64,000 nucleotides of DNA. Source: Eledone cirrhosa (taxonomy: Eukaryota). The position numbers were made by a program, and so were the translations under genes. The stretch is taken from positions 11,098,001 through 11,162,000 of the forward strand of contig OZ024753.1 of the NCBI GenBank assembly GCA_964016885.1, given 5' to 3'. Below are positions 27,452-42,716 of the stretch, piece after piece. The number at the start of each line of letters is the position of its first letter. Within the stretch, counting starts at the first letter, position 1. Under the pieces are notes generated by a model that saw nothing but the letters and a program-made list of their open reading frames with translations, was not told the DNA's origin and made no database searches.

Positions 27452-27623
27452 CGGAGGAAATGTGGTAAGGAACCAAGTGGACCATAACGCACCAAAGTAC
27501 TCAATACTTAGGGTAGTAGAGTGGGTAATAGGAACAAGTAAGACCCCGACGGCTGAGCTCAAGCCGTTTCGACGGCTAACGAAACGGCTTGAGCTCAGCC
27601 GTCAGGGTCTTACTTGTTCCTAT
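27451..27623 (-). mobile_element. Family A fold-back element in (TA)n
   Basis: Arms 27528-27571 / 27580-27623 and tail 27451-27527. Confidence 0.85.
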
Positions 27624-27726
27624 ATATATATATATATATATGCAAAAGTTTTATTTAAAATTGTTGGGTTACAACGAGTAAATATTTTATAACTGATATA
27701 AATATAGTTTCCATTTGTTTAATATC

Positions 27727-27760
<34 letters not shown>

Positions 27761-27767
<7 letters not shown>

Positions 27768-27960
27768 TGAGATTCTACAGGACTAGAACTGTTTCATTCT
27801 TCAGAAATCATCAGGAATCTCTGTGATTCCTGATGATTTCTGAAGAATGAAACAGTTCTAGTCCTGTAGAATCTCATCTATATTAAAACCTTTATACTCT
27901 GCTATGTATTGAGTACCTTACTTACTGTGGTTACCTCCGATTCAACCCGGAATAACGTAC
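27761..27960 (+). mobile_element. Family I fold-back element in (TA)n with a CTGATGA..GAAA core
   Basis: Perfect arms 27761-27819 / 27825-27883, CTGATGA at 27830, GAAA at 27849, tail to 27960. A second copy lies inverted at 48943-49105. Confidence 0.8.
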
Positions 27961-28140
27961 CTATATATATATATATATATATAGTAATAATAATAAATTT
28001 GAAGACTAAAATCCAAAGAGGGCTCGATAAGGAAAATATATATCAAATATATAAGAACCGTAGAGCAAATATTTATTAAAATAACAGATTAAAATAACAG
28101 ATTAAAATAACAGATTAAAGTTTAAGCAAAGAATATTTTA

Positions 28141-28188
<48 letters not shown>

Positions 28189-28575
28189 GTATATATATAT
28201 GTATATATGTATATATATGTATATATATATGTATATATGTATATTCACAGGTATGTGTATGCTATTCTGAAACTATAATAATAGCTATACCTCTTAACAA
28301 TTAGTGTTATTTAAATCATTATGCTAAAATAGATATAGAATAGACACCAGACTTTGAAAAATCGATATCATTGACTAAACGCAAATACTCACTCAAAAAC
28401 ATGTTTATATATATATATATATATATAATTGTATCAATGTTTACCGTACGTTTATATATACATACACACATATATATATATATATACACATATATACACA
28501 CACACATATATATATATATATATACACATATATACACACACACATATATATATACACATATATACACACACACAC

Positions 28576-28616
<41 letters not shown>

Positions 28617-28789
28617 TATATATATACACACACATATACACACACACATATATATATATATACACACACATATACACACACACACACATATATATATACA
28701 CACACATATACACACACACACACATATATATATATATACATATATACACACACACACATATATATATACATATATACACACACACACAC

Positions 28790-28823
<34 letters not shown>

Positions 28824-28871
28824 ATATACACATATATACACACATATATATATATATACACATATACACAC

Positions 28872-28905
<34 letters not shown>

Positions 28906-29191
28906 ATATATACACATATATACACACATATATATACACACATATACACATATACACACATATATATACACATATATATACACATATACACACACATACA
29001 AATATACACATATATACACACATATACACACATACAAATATACACATATATACACACACATATATATACACATATACACACACATATATATATACACATA
29101 TATACACTCACACACATATATATATACACACACACACATATATATACACACACACACACACATAGATGTGTGTTTATATATATATATATAT

Positions 29192-29383
29192 AATTGTTTC
29201 TACATTTGGCACAAGGCCAGCAATTATCCAGTGCATTACTGGTACTTTATTTTATCGACCCCGTATGGATGAAAGGCAAAGTTAACCTCCTCGGCGGGAT
29301 TTGAACACAGAATGGCAAGGGCCGTAACTCTATGCGTCAAAGCATGGCGTCCGACCTTCTCCCGACACTGCCAATCCACCGCC
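29192..29383 (-). mobile_element. tRNA-derived SINE, family 1
   Basis: Full-length match. Further copies lie at 30684-30862(-), 39541-39726(-), 40071-40261(+), 44010-44190(-), 44202-44363(-), 50636-50817(-), 51687-51803(+) and 52128-52283(+). Confidence 0.85.
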
Positions 29384-29384
29384 T

Positions 29385-29423
<39 letters not shown>

Positions 29424-29451
29424 AACAAAAGATGGTTAAAGGAGTTCCATG

Positions 29452-29522
29452 TATTTTATTATGCGCATTTCAAAAACAAATATCATCATGCAATACTATT
29501 TGTGTTTTCATCAGATAAAACA
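29452..29522 (-). ncRNA. Type I hammerhead ribozyme motif (family K)
   Basis: Reverse complement: TGTTTTAT-CTGATGA-stem II-GAAA-TGCGCA-TA-ATAAAATA. Core intact and stem I complementary. Confidence 0.72.
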
Positions 29523-29822
29523 GGAGGACATGATATGAAGGCTAAAAAACACTTGTGGATAGTTCAGTTTTAAATCAACATGTGCATACATATATATATA
29601 TATATATATATATGCATGCATCAAATCCTCCTTCTGTGCACACACGCACGCACACACACACACACACACACATGTTGAAATGCGCATAATAAAATACATG
29701 GAACTCCTTTAACCATCTTTTGTTCTTATATATTATGTATACTCCAGTCCCACAAACTGTAGAGTGCTTCTTATCCGATATCTGCATTGCTTTATTGTAC
29801 TACAATAAAACTCACCTCCTAC

Positions 29823-29864
<42 letters not shown>

Positions 29865-30167
29865 TATATAATGTACTTACACATACTGTGCCTACCTTAT
29901 GTATGACGCAGCGAGAGTGTACCAACAAAAATAGGTAATTATTCACCGTAGGAAATGTCAGGTGACTTCACAGAATATCATCACCATCATCATCATCATT
30001 ATCATCATTATCATCATCATCATCATCAACATTATGTTCAGCAACATCAAATTAAGTTAAATATTAGTCACTACTAAGGAAATTTGAAATCACACACAAT
30101 CAGACGCTTTCACAAGTTGAAATAAATATAATCTAATATAGATAAGTAGTTTCTTTGTGTGTGTATA

Positions 30168-30368
<201 letters not shown>

Positions 30369-30940
30369 ATCGCCCCCTCCTTCTGTGCATACATATATAT
30401 ATAGATATATATATATGCATCAAACCCTCCTGTGCACACACGCACACACACACACACATATATATATACAATATATATATGAACAGATTCAGAATCCCAA
30501 CGGTTGACCTCCGACCATTTCTAATATTTAGACCATTTCAAGTATTGAGTACTCTGGGGCGTTATGGTCCACCTGGTTCCTTACTACACCCTCTTTGTTT
30601 TATATATATATATATATATAAAAGAATTTTCGCTCTACATGGCTGAATACAATAAATGTAATCTGAGATTTTCGAATATTAATAATTGTTTCTACTTTAG
30701 GCACAAGGCCAGCAATCACCCAGTGCATTACTGGTACTTTATTTTACCGACCCCGTAAGGATGAAAGGCAAAGTCAACCTCGACGGGATTTGAACTCAGA
30801 TCGTAAAGGGACGTAACTATGCTGGAAACCATGGCGTCCGACTCTCTACCGATACTGCCAATAATAATATTCTATTCGTTTGCAATTATGCAAACAAGCT
30901 TCATTTTAAAAATGCGGCTTGTTACATTTATATATATATA

Positions 30941-31007
<67 letters not shown>

Positions 31008-31010
<3 letters not shown>

Positions 31011-31480
31011 AGAATAAACGTGCTGCGTGGTGTTGCGAATGGGTTACATATGAATAAAGTTAGTCCTTCATCAGTGATCGTCCAACCATCATTGGTATTT
31101 CATCGCTTTAAAGACCATATACCTCCGGTTGGTGCGAGCAACGGCTAAAAAAAGTCGTTGGGACACGTAAATAAAGGGGACACGAGTGTAAACAAACAAA
31201 GTTGGTGAAGCAACGAAAAGTGAGGAAGAACGAGTCAAGTCCCAGATTTCCATGAATATAAGTTCGGTGAAATCGTGAACACCGAACTTATATTCATGGA
31301 AATTTGGGACTTGACTCGTTCTTCCACCATCTTTGTTTGTTTACACTCTCGCTGTCTCCTTTATTTACGTGTCCCAACGACTTTTTTTAGCCGTTGCTCG
31401 CACCAACCGGAGGTATATGGTCTTTAAAGCGATGAAATACCAATGATGGTTAGAAGATCACTGATGAAGGACTATCTTTA

Positions 31481-31487
<7 letters not shown>
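31008..31487. mobile_element. Long fold-back element (arms about 205-220 bp) in (TA)n
   Basis: About 31048-31269 is the reverse complement of 31280-31487, with a 10-nt loop and an unpaired 40-nt extension on the left. Confidence 0.85.
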
Positions 31488-31512
<25 letters not shown>

Positions 31513-31560
31513 CGTCACCCCTCCTTTTGTGCATATATATATATGTGTATGCGTGCGTGT

Positions 31561-31768
31561 GAAAAGTTTCAGGATCCCAACGGCTGAACTTCGGCCGTTT
31601 CGCCACCTAGATTCAAACGTCAGCTAGATCCGGCGTTCAGATCTAGCTGTCGAAACGGCCGGAATCAGCCGTCGGGGTCCTGAATCTTTTTATATTACCC
31701 ACTCTATCACCCGAAGGATCGAGTACTCTGGTGGGTTATGATTCCCCTCGTTTTTTTGACCACACCCT
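31561..31768 (+). mobile_element. Family A fold-back element, diverged
   Basis: cagctagatc..gatctagctgtcGAAACGGCCGGAATCAGCCGTCggggtcc, with tail atcgagtact. Confidence 0.7.
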
Positions 31769-31861
31769 ATATATATATATATATATGTATATACATGCAT
31801 CAACCCCTCCCTGCATCATCCCCTCCTACTTACGAACGAACTTCCACAGATACAAACAATG

Positions 31862-31896
<35 letters not shown>

Positions 31897-32006
31897 TCAT
31901 ATGGAAACCAGTAATATCAATATAACATATATAGGCTTACTGGTACATACTGTGTTAGACGATCAATTAACGATCGGCCTCTTGGAACGTTCACAAATTT
32001 GGCGAC

Positions 32007-32042
<36 letters not shown>

Positions 32043-32334
32043 TGTGAGTGTGAGTGTGAGTGTGTGTGTGTGTGTGTCTGTCTATATATATATATGTGAA
32101 CAAAGTAGTATAGTTTTAAGGAAGAACACATCGATTTGTTCAATTTTGTTTTGAGCCGTTTCTGCTTCACATTTGAAAAGAGGGTTTAACCCTGAAATAT
32201 CATACTGAAATACACTGGGTAAAATATTACTGTTTTGTTTCAATTGTAATCCTTTGTCCCTTATATATTTCTACCGCATTGTATCGGCTTTTTGAAACTT
32301 CTCGGTCTTTTATTACACAGACAAACACACGCAT

Positions 32335-32377
<43 letters not shown>

Positions 32378-32416
32378 TACATACATACACACACACAAAT
32401 ACATACATACACACAC

Positions 32417-32451
<35 letters not shown>

Positions 32452-33104
32452 TCACAAGTTAACCCGAATGTTTGTGCTATATATGCCGTTGTGCAGTAAT
32501 TTGTTTGAAAGCAATTGAAAACGAAGATTTTTTGTATATTTAATTTATAAATGATTTCTGTGAAGCTGTCTGAGAGCAATCTGGAAACAAATTGAATAAG
32601 CAAAGCAAATAACAATGATAATAAGAGAAATGTCTAACAGCGACCAAACGAATCATGAAACAACTGTAGACACAATATCTGTGATGGATCCCCGTCGTTT
32701 TCGTCGATGAGTGCTCCAGTTGTTTGAATAAAGGAAGAGCCGACTCATGAAATTAATTGCAAGTGGCTTAGTATTTCACAGCTCAGGTGTACCAAACTCA
32801 AACGTAATTCTGAGGGAGATTAAGCGTGAAAAAGCCACCCCAATGAATTACAGGTACCACTTGTATTGGGGGGGGGGGGGGGGGTTGCCAGTTGAGTGGA
32901 GTGCAGCAGAGTGTAATAACACACAACGGCCGGTCTGGGAATCGAACTTACGTCTTTAGGATGTTAAGGTCAGCACCCTAACCAATGTGCCAGCACCTTC
33001 ACATACAGACATTATATAGTTATATACATGAACATATGATACACAATGAAAAACAAGTATAAAACAACAACCCGACATCTGGATATTGAAACAGAAAGGA
33101 TGAT

Positions 33105-33574
33105 ACGAAATATCAAATATACATAGTGGATATAAGACGGAGATATCAAGTTGTCTATATATATATATATATAGTGGATATAACACGAGATATCGAATTG
33201 TCTATATATAGTGGATATAACACGAGATATCAAATTGTCTATATATAGTGGATATAACACGAGATATCAAATTGTCTATATATAGTGGATATAACACGAG
33301 ATATCAAATTTTCTATATATAGTGGATATAACACGAGATATCAAATTTTCTATATATAGTGGATATAACACGAGATATCAAATTGTCTATATATAGTGGA
33401 TATAACACGAGATATCAAATTGTCTATATATAGTGGATATAACACGAGGTATCAAGTTATCTGTATATAGTGGATATAACACGAGGTATCAAGTTATATA
33501 TATATATAGTGGATATAACACGGGGTATCAAGTTGTCTATATATATATAGTGGATATAACACGAGGTATCAAGT

Positions 33575-33612
<38 letters not shown>

Positions 33613-33945
33613 ATATTACACGAGGTATCAAGTTGTCTATATATAGTGGATATAACACGAGGTATCAAGTTGTCTATATATAGTGGATATGATATGAGGT
33701 GTCAAGTTGTGTGTATATAGTGGACATAAGACGAGGTATCAATTTTTCTATATATAGAGGATATAACATGAGTTATCAAATTGTCTATATATAGAGGATA
33801 TAACATGAGGTATCAAGTTGTCTATATATATAGAGGATATAACATGTATCAAATTGTCTATATATAGTGGATATGATACGAGGTATCAATTTTTCTATAT
33901 ATGGTGGATATAACACGAGGTATCAAGTTGTCTATATATGGGGGA
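33105..33945. repeat. 37-bp minisatellite
   Basis: tatatagtggatataacacgagatatcaaattgtc with period 37 (33247, 33284). Confidence 0.9.
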
Positions 33946-35140
33946 TATGCAGAAATATGATATTGCACTGAAATCTCCATCTCTGTCTCTCTTTCACACA
34001 CATACACAAATGTATAAGCGAACATAATCGATATATGGATAGATACACACATATATGTGTGTGTGTGCACATACATGTATATATATGTGCGTGTGAGTAC
34101 GCTTATGCATTTTGTGCTCTTATATATGCATGAGAGAGAGATGGGGGAGCGAGAGAGGGGGAGAGAGGGGAGCGAGAAAGGGGAGAGAAGGGAGCGAGAG
34201 AGGGAAGCGAGAGAAGGGAGCGAGAGAGGGGAGCGAGAGAGGGGAGAGAAGGGAGCGAGAGAGGGGAGAGAAGGGAGCGAGAGAGGAGCGAGAGAGAGAG
34301 AGAGGTGACAGAGAGAGAGGTGAGATAGAGAGAGGAGCGAGAGAGAGAGGTGAGATAGAGAGAGGAGCGAGAGAGAGAGGTGAGATAGAGAGAGGAGCGA
34401 GAGAGAGAGGTGAGATAGAGAGAGGTGAGATAGAGAGAGGTGAGATAGAGAGAGGTGAGATAGAGAGAGGTGAGATAGAGAGAGTGTTAGAGAATGAGAA
34501 AGAGTATTTATCTTGTGTGCATGTTTCATTCATTCATTCATTTTTTCACATATTCGCACACGTACACACCATCTATATAATACACACACACATGCAAAAC
34601 AAGATTCTTTGTGATACACACGCCGAGGCTGTGGGTGGGCCCCATTGCGTACCAATACATTAGTTAAATACCATTCTTTCATCTGATACAACACAATAAA
34701 GACTACCACGCATGATCAGCGCTCGTTCTAAGCTCTATTATACACACGTGCATATAGCACGTGATGCCTGCACGATCACACACAGTCGTACTTACTGGAA
34801 TGTACGTGATAGCGATCTAATTCGATATATTTTGGTGCTTACCTTCGCGTATATCAAGTTATATGTTGCCTATAAGAAGTGCTAACGTTTCTATATAATT
34901 TGATGCAACTTACTTCTCGTTTATCGTAGATTACCGCGAGTGTTACAATTGCCAGCCAAACTGAATCAACGATCCTCCTACTATGACGAGAAGTGGCTAC
35001 TGAAATTTGACTTTTCAAATTCTATCTCTCATCTGCATCGACGTATTGAAATCTTCGTAGTCTAGTGTTTATAACCCTAACCAAAGGCATATATAGCATA
35101 GATTTATATATATAAAGCATAGTATTTTATACATAGGGTG

Positions 35141-35231
<91 letters not shown>

Positions 35232-35247
35232 ATATGTATATATATAT

Positions 35248-35439
<192 letters not shown>

Positions 35440-35627
35440 ATATGTATATATATATATATATATATATGTGTATATGTATATATATATATATGTATATATG
35501 TGTGTATATGTATATATATATATATGTATATATGTGTGTATATGTATATATATATATATGTATATATGTGTGTATATGTATATATATATATATGTATATA
35601 TGTGTGTATATGTATATATATATATAT

Positions 35628-35743
35628 GCCAGACAGTCCTCTGCGAGCAAGACAATCACTCTTGCCTCAAGTGGGACTACCCCCGTCCAAACCCATGCAA
35701 GCGTGGAACACGGACGTTAAACGTTGATGATGATGATGATGAT
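35628..35743 (+). mobile_element. Retroposon 3' end with a (GAT)n tail
   Basis: ccgtccaaacccatgcaagcgtggaacacggacgttaaacgttgatgatgatg: a stem-loop (ccgt/acgg) followed by a short tandem tail. Confidence 0.6.
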
Positions 35744-35750
35744 GTATATA

Positions 35751-35799
<49 letters not shown>

Positions 35800-35824
35800 G
35801 TATATATATATGTATATATATATG

Positions 35825-35887
<63 letters not shown>

Positions 35888-35888
35888 G

Positions 35889-35947
<59 letters not shown>

Positions 35948-35948
35948 G

Positions 35949-36015
<67 letters not shown>

Positions 36016-36022
36016 GTATATA

Positions 36023-36067
<45 letters not shown>

Positions 36068-36086
36068 GTATATATATATATCGAGT

Positions 36087-36225
36087 GAAGGCGTGTAGCT
36101 GAGTGGTTAGAGAATTGGATTCACAATGTTAAGGTTGTGAGTTCGATTCCGGGACCGGGCGATGCGTTATGTCCTTGGGCAAGACACTTTATTTCACGTT
36201 GCTCCTTCTACCTGGAGTTGCGACC
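36087..36225 (+). mobile_element. tRNA-derived SINE, family 2 (5' part)
   Basis: A box TAGCTGAGTGG, B box GAGTTCGATTCC, then gtccttgggcaagacactttatttcac. Confidence 0.8.
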
Positions 36226-36304
36226 GATAGATAGTACTAGCAACTGGAAAGACCAACGGAAACATTGTTTCCTCGGTCCGATTTGACGAAAGTCGATCTA
36301 AAAG

Positions 36305-36474
<170 letters not shown>

Positions 36475-36575
36475 GTATATATATATGTATATATATATAT
36501 GTATATATATATGTATATATATATGTATATATATATATGTATATATATATGTATATATATATGTATATATATATG

Positions 36576-36744
<169 letters not shown>

Positions 36745-36755
36745 GTATATATATG

Positions 36756-37032
<277 letters not shown>

Positions 37033-37033
37033 G

Positions 37034-37064
<31 letters not shown>

Positions 37065-37077
37065 GTATATATATATG

Positions 37078-37243
<166 letters not shown>

Positions 37244-37299
37244 ATGATTTAAAACTGCACTATCCACAAGTGTTTTTTAGCCTTCATATCATGTTCTCC

Positions 37300-37370
37300 T
37301 GTTTTATCTGATGAAAACACAAATATCATTGCATGATGATGTTTGTTTTTGAAATGCGCATAATAAAATA
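37300..37370 (+). ncRNA. Type I hammerhead ribozyme motif (family K), the best-formed copy
   Basis: Stem I TGTTTTAT (37300-37307) / ATAAAATA (37363-37370), CTGATGA 37308-37314, 16-position stem II 37315-37350, GAAA 37351-37354, palindromic ATGCGCAT, predicted AUA cleavage after 37362. Confidence 0.8.
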
Positions 37371-37503
37371 CATGGAACTCCTTTAACCATCTATTGATCT
37401 TATATCATGTATACTCCAGTCCTACAAACTGTAGAGTGCTTCTTATCCGATATCTGCATTGCTTTATTGTACTACAATAAAACTCACCTCCTACATATAT
37501 ATG

Positions 37504-37706
<203 letters not shown>

Positions 37707-37709
37707 GTG

Positions 37710-37744
<35 letters not shown>

Positions 37745-37747
37745 GTG

Positions 37748-37781
<34 letters not shown>

Positions 37782-37785
37782 TGTG

Positions 37786-37854
<69 letters not shown>

Positions 37855-37911
37855 CATAGATATATCTATAGCACATAGGACATAGACATATACATAAGCC
37901 ATGGACTTATA

Positions 37912-38098
37912 TATGAGGGTCAGCTGAAAAGCTCATAGGCTGACCAAGATGCTCTCACAGAATGACAAAATGAGGTTTATTTTCCAACATAGTCCCTAGA
38001 AAGAAACAATGCAATTATCAATAAATAGAGTTGAAATTTCAAAGCTCTAACATCACTTCTTCATGATCATCCTAAAACTTTTCAGCCGACCCTCCTAT
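37912..38098 (+). mobile_element. Solo mariner-like MITE, relative of the 109-bp satellite unit
   Basis: TIRs gagggtcagctgaaaag / cttttcagccgaccctc with TA flanks. The body matches the satellite unit plus 7376-7477. Confidence 0.8.
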
Positions 38099-38994
38099 AT
38101 AGCAGACTCGTGTTCAGTGCACACATTAAATAAAACTAACACTCAGCCAAGATTCTCTAACAGAGCCGCTTTTAGACATGGTGTAATCAGATAAAATATA
38201 TTGGTCATCTTTAGTAATTTCTTAAATGGATATGATGTAAAAAAGATTGAGGCAATGATGAAAGCATTGTCCCTCGGATTTTACTTTTGTACGACATCAC
38301 TTAAGACAGAATGCTGCGTTCAGCGTTATCAAATATATTTTCAACATCACATTTGGCAAGGAAGAATATATCTATATTATCCTAAGTTATATAATACTTG
38401 GAAGGTTCTGGTAAAAGCTTACACTGTATAGGGATGCAAAGTTTATGAATTGATAACATATGCTACTTCGTTATTTTGAGGTAGCCGTAGATTAAAAGGC
38501 CCCAAGCTGTATTTTGTTTAGCTTAGTTCTAAATTCAGCATTGTACACTAGAAGTATTTGAGTTATCTAAAATAATATATTGCAGAATAATCGAAGAATA
38601 AAATAATCAGAACCACACTGTAAAAATTCTCAGGGAAAGACCTTTGCTCCTGAATTACATGTTTTTTTGGCAGAGTCTAAAAAGCGAAGTTAATATAAGC
38701 AAATGTCTACTTCTGACATAACCTCGGGTTGATGCAAACTTTGTGAGGGAAATTGCTGAGATGAAAATTAGGAGGAAAACCCGCCATATTGCCTGAAACT
38801 TTAATGCAAATGGCCGGCATTATCACGAATTCTGTCAGGTTGATTCTAGTGGAGATTATATTAACTATATGGAAAAGAAAACGTTTTTCTGATGTCTGGT
38901 TAAAACACAAACCCTCTCTCTCACACACACAATAACAAACCATATATTTTTCTTAAACGCTAAAGATGAATATTTTCAAAAGTGTGTGTGTATG

Positions 38995-39025
<31 letters not shown>

Positions 39026-39076
39026 GGGAATTTTACTCGCCTTAGATAGATAGATACATACATATAACAAAGCGTT

Positions 39077-39235
39077 TGTGGTGAGATACCAGGTGGACCA
39101 TAACGCACCAGAGTACTCAATACTTAGGGTAGTAGAGTGGGTAATATATATATAGGAAGAGAGTCAGACCCTTACGGCTGAGCTCCGGCCGTTTCGACAT
39201 CTAGATCCGAGTTCGGTTCTAGCTGTTGAAATGGC
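39077..39235 (-). mobile_element. Family A element
   Basis: Tail gtggaccataacgcaccagagtactcaatac, then cggctgagctccggccgtttcgac. Confidence 0.7.
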
Positions 39236-40256
39236 GTAGACATTACGATACAATAGGAGGAACATAATAGTACCACTGATGATGTTACAGATGTGCAACG
39301 AAAAACTTTGTTAGACTATATATATGTGTTTATACCTATATTATATCTGTATTTTAGACTGTTGGTCAGTCAATGGTAAACATTGAGGACCGAATGAATT
39401 AACTGTAGAGATATAAAAGGTACAGAAGCGAAAACCAACCAAATAGTGAGTGTGTTCTGTTCTTATTTCTGGCAATATTATCACAACAATATGACCCTCC
39501 CCAAGTATAACAATATATATATATATACGTATATATGTATAATTATTTCTTCTTTTGGCACAAGGCCAGCAATTATTCCAGTACATTACTAGTACTTTAT
39601 TTTATCGACCTCGTAAGGATGAAAGGCAAAGTTAACCTCGGCCAGATTTGAACTCAGATCGTAAAGGGACGTAACTGTGCTGGAAAGCATGCCCGACCCT
39701 CTTCCGATACTGCCAATTCACCTGCCATACGTATATATGTATAATGAGACAGAATTAAAAACTTTTACCTTAAATTGACAGAACATAGCCGAATATCAGG
39801 GCATATGAACGTCCATTACGGAGAATCAAGTTATAAATTTTAAAGAAATCGTTGTTGAAAAGGTTAAAGGAAAGCAAAGAAATAAAGACCGCAAGTCTTC
39901 TGTTGTGAAACTCTAGCAACTCCGTCTGTTTGACTTGAGTGTTCTTTGTCTCTTTAGTTAATCACATCCTTTACATTCATTTTAACACTGACGACTTTGC
40001 CGCTAACATTTATTGAACACTTTATATTTACACGCATATATAAACATACACACACATTATATATATAATAGGGCTTGGATTGGCAGTATCGGTAGAGGGT
40101 CGGACGTCATGCGTTGACGCATAGAGTTATGGCCCTTGCCATTCTGAGTTCAAATCCCGCCGAGGTTAACTTTGCCTTTCATCCTTACGGGGTCGATAAA
40201 ATAAAGTACCAGTAATACACTGGGTAATTTGGTGGCCTTCTGCCAAAAAGTAGAAA

Positions 40257-40300
<44 letters not shown>

Positions 40301-40308
40301 CATACATA

Positions 40309-40360
<52 letters not shown>

Positions 40361-40574
40361 ACATAGGCATACATATATATATATATACACACACACATAT
40401 ATATACATACACATACATAGGCACAAATATATATATACATACATATACACACACATATATACATAGGCACACATATATATATATATATATATAAGTACCT
40501 ATACACAAACACATACACAGATATATATATACGTACATATACAGACACACACACATATATATATACGTACATAT

Positions 40575-40609
<35 letters not shown>

Positions 40610-40819
40610 CGTACATATACACACACACATATATATATATACGTACATATACACATATATATATATATATACGTACATATACACACATATATATATATAC
40701 GTACATATACACACATATATATATATATATATATATACGTACATATACACACATATATATATATATATATATGTACATATACACACACATATATATATAT
40801 ATACGTACATATACACATA

Positions 40820-40891
<72 letters not shown>

Positions 40892-40974
40892 GTAATAATA
40901 ATAAAATTGAAGACTAAAATCCAAAGAGGGGTCGATAAGGATAAATATATATCAAATATATAAGAACCGTAGAG

Positions 40975-41006
<32 letters not shown>

Positions 41007-41009
41007 CGT

Positions 41010-41042
<33 letters not shown>

Positions 41043-41614
41043 CGTACATATACACAAACACATACATACAGACACACCTATATATATACGTACATATACA
41101 CACATATATATATATACGTACATATACACAAACACACTCACAGACATATATATATATATACGTACACACAGACATATATATATACGTACATACAGACACA
41201 CACATATATATATATATACGTACATACAGACACATATATATATACGTACATACAGACACACACATATATATATATACGTACATACAGACACATATATATA
41301 TACATACATACAGACACACACATATATATATATACGTACATACAGACATATATATATACGTACATACAGACACACACATATATATATATACGTACATATA
41401 CACAAACACACATACACACATATGTGTACATATACACAAACACACACACACATATATATATACGTACACACACAGACATATATATATACGTACATACAGA
41501 CACACACACATATATATACGTACATATACACAAACACAATACACACACACACACATATATGCGTACATATACACACACATATCTCTCTCTATATATATAC
41601 GTACATATACACAA

Positions 41615-41649
<35 letters not shown>

Positions 41650-42578
41650 CGTACATGTACATATATATACACAAAGAGTACACACAATTCCATTTATATA
41701 GTTATCCGGTGGAATATTTATTTAGGATAAACAATTCAATACGTCATAGATTTTACTGATGAGATAAATCATTTCCTTTGGTTAATAACTGAACACTCAA
41801 ACCACAACACACACACACACACACATACATACACTGTCACACACACATTCACACAGTCACCCACAGTCACACACACAGTCACAGACAGTCAGTCACACAC
41901 ACACATACATACATACATACATACATACAGTCACACACACAGTCACACACACATACACATACATACACACAGTCACAAAGTCACACAGTCACACACACAG
42001 TCAGACAGTCACACACCTATTAACACTCAAACCACAACACACACACAGTATCACACCCCCACACACACACTTATGAACCCTCAAACCACAACATACAGTC
42101 ACTCACACACACACACTTATGAACACAAACCACAACACACACACACACAGTCACACACTTATGAACACACACCACAACACACACACACACACAGTCACAC
42201 ACACTTATGAACACACACACACTTAAAAACACACACACACACAGTCACACACTTATGAACACACACACAGTCACAGACACACACTTATGAACACACACAC
42301 ACTTATAAACACTCAAACCACAACATACAGTCACACACACACACTGATCCACACACCACACACACATCATCTGGCACTCATTCCCTCTTCACACACTTAC
42401 ACACACATGTTCTGACACCCATCCACTAACTTCACACTCTTACACATATAAACATACACACACGTTCTCTGGAACACTCCCAACCACACACACACTCAAT
42501 AAAACTATACAGTAATATGGTTGTGTTTATTAGCATAATTATTTCAATAACATGAGAGTTAAGAATAGAGAATGTGTG

Positions 42579-42716
42579 TGAGGTGAGGTGAGGTGAGGTG
42601 AGGTGAGGTGAGGTGAGGTGAGGTGAGGTGAGGTGAGGTGAGGTGAGGTGAGGTGAGGTGAGGTGAGGTGAGGTGAGGTGAGGTGAGGTGAGGTGAGGTG
42701 AGGTGAGGTGAGGTGA
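42579..42716. repeat. (GAGGT)n pentanucleotide microsatellite
   Basis: Perfect tandem gaggt. Confidence 0.95.

Noticed and set aside
34914-34999. Possible minus-strand exon (ttcag..GAA|gtaagt, open frame ATSRHSRRIVDSVWLAIVTLAVIYDKRE)
   Set aside because: Weak pyrimidine tract, no homology, and a phase-0 end that does not fit the Ig exon. Such signals are expected by chance.
36087-36165. tRNA gene
   Set aside because: A and B boxes are present, but there is no full acceptor stem and the sequence continues into a SINE body repeated elsewhere.
39268-39320. CTGATGA..GAAA with a partial stem II
   Set aside because: Stem III and the cleavage triplet cannot be formed convincingly. At best a decayed copy.
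41750-41790. CTGATGAG at 41756
   Set aside because: No downstream GAAA or pairing.
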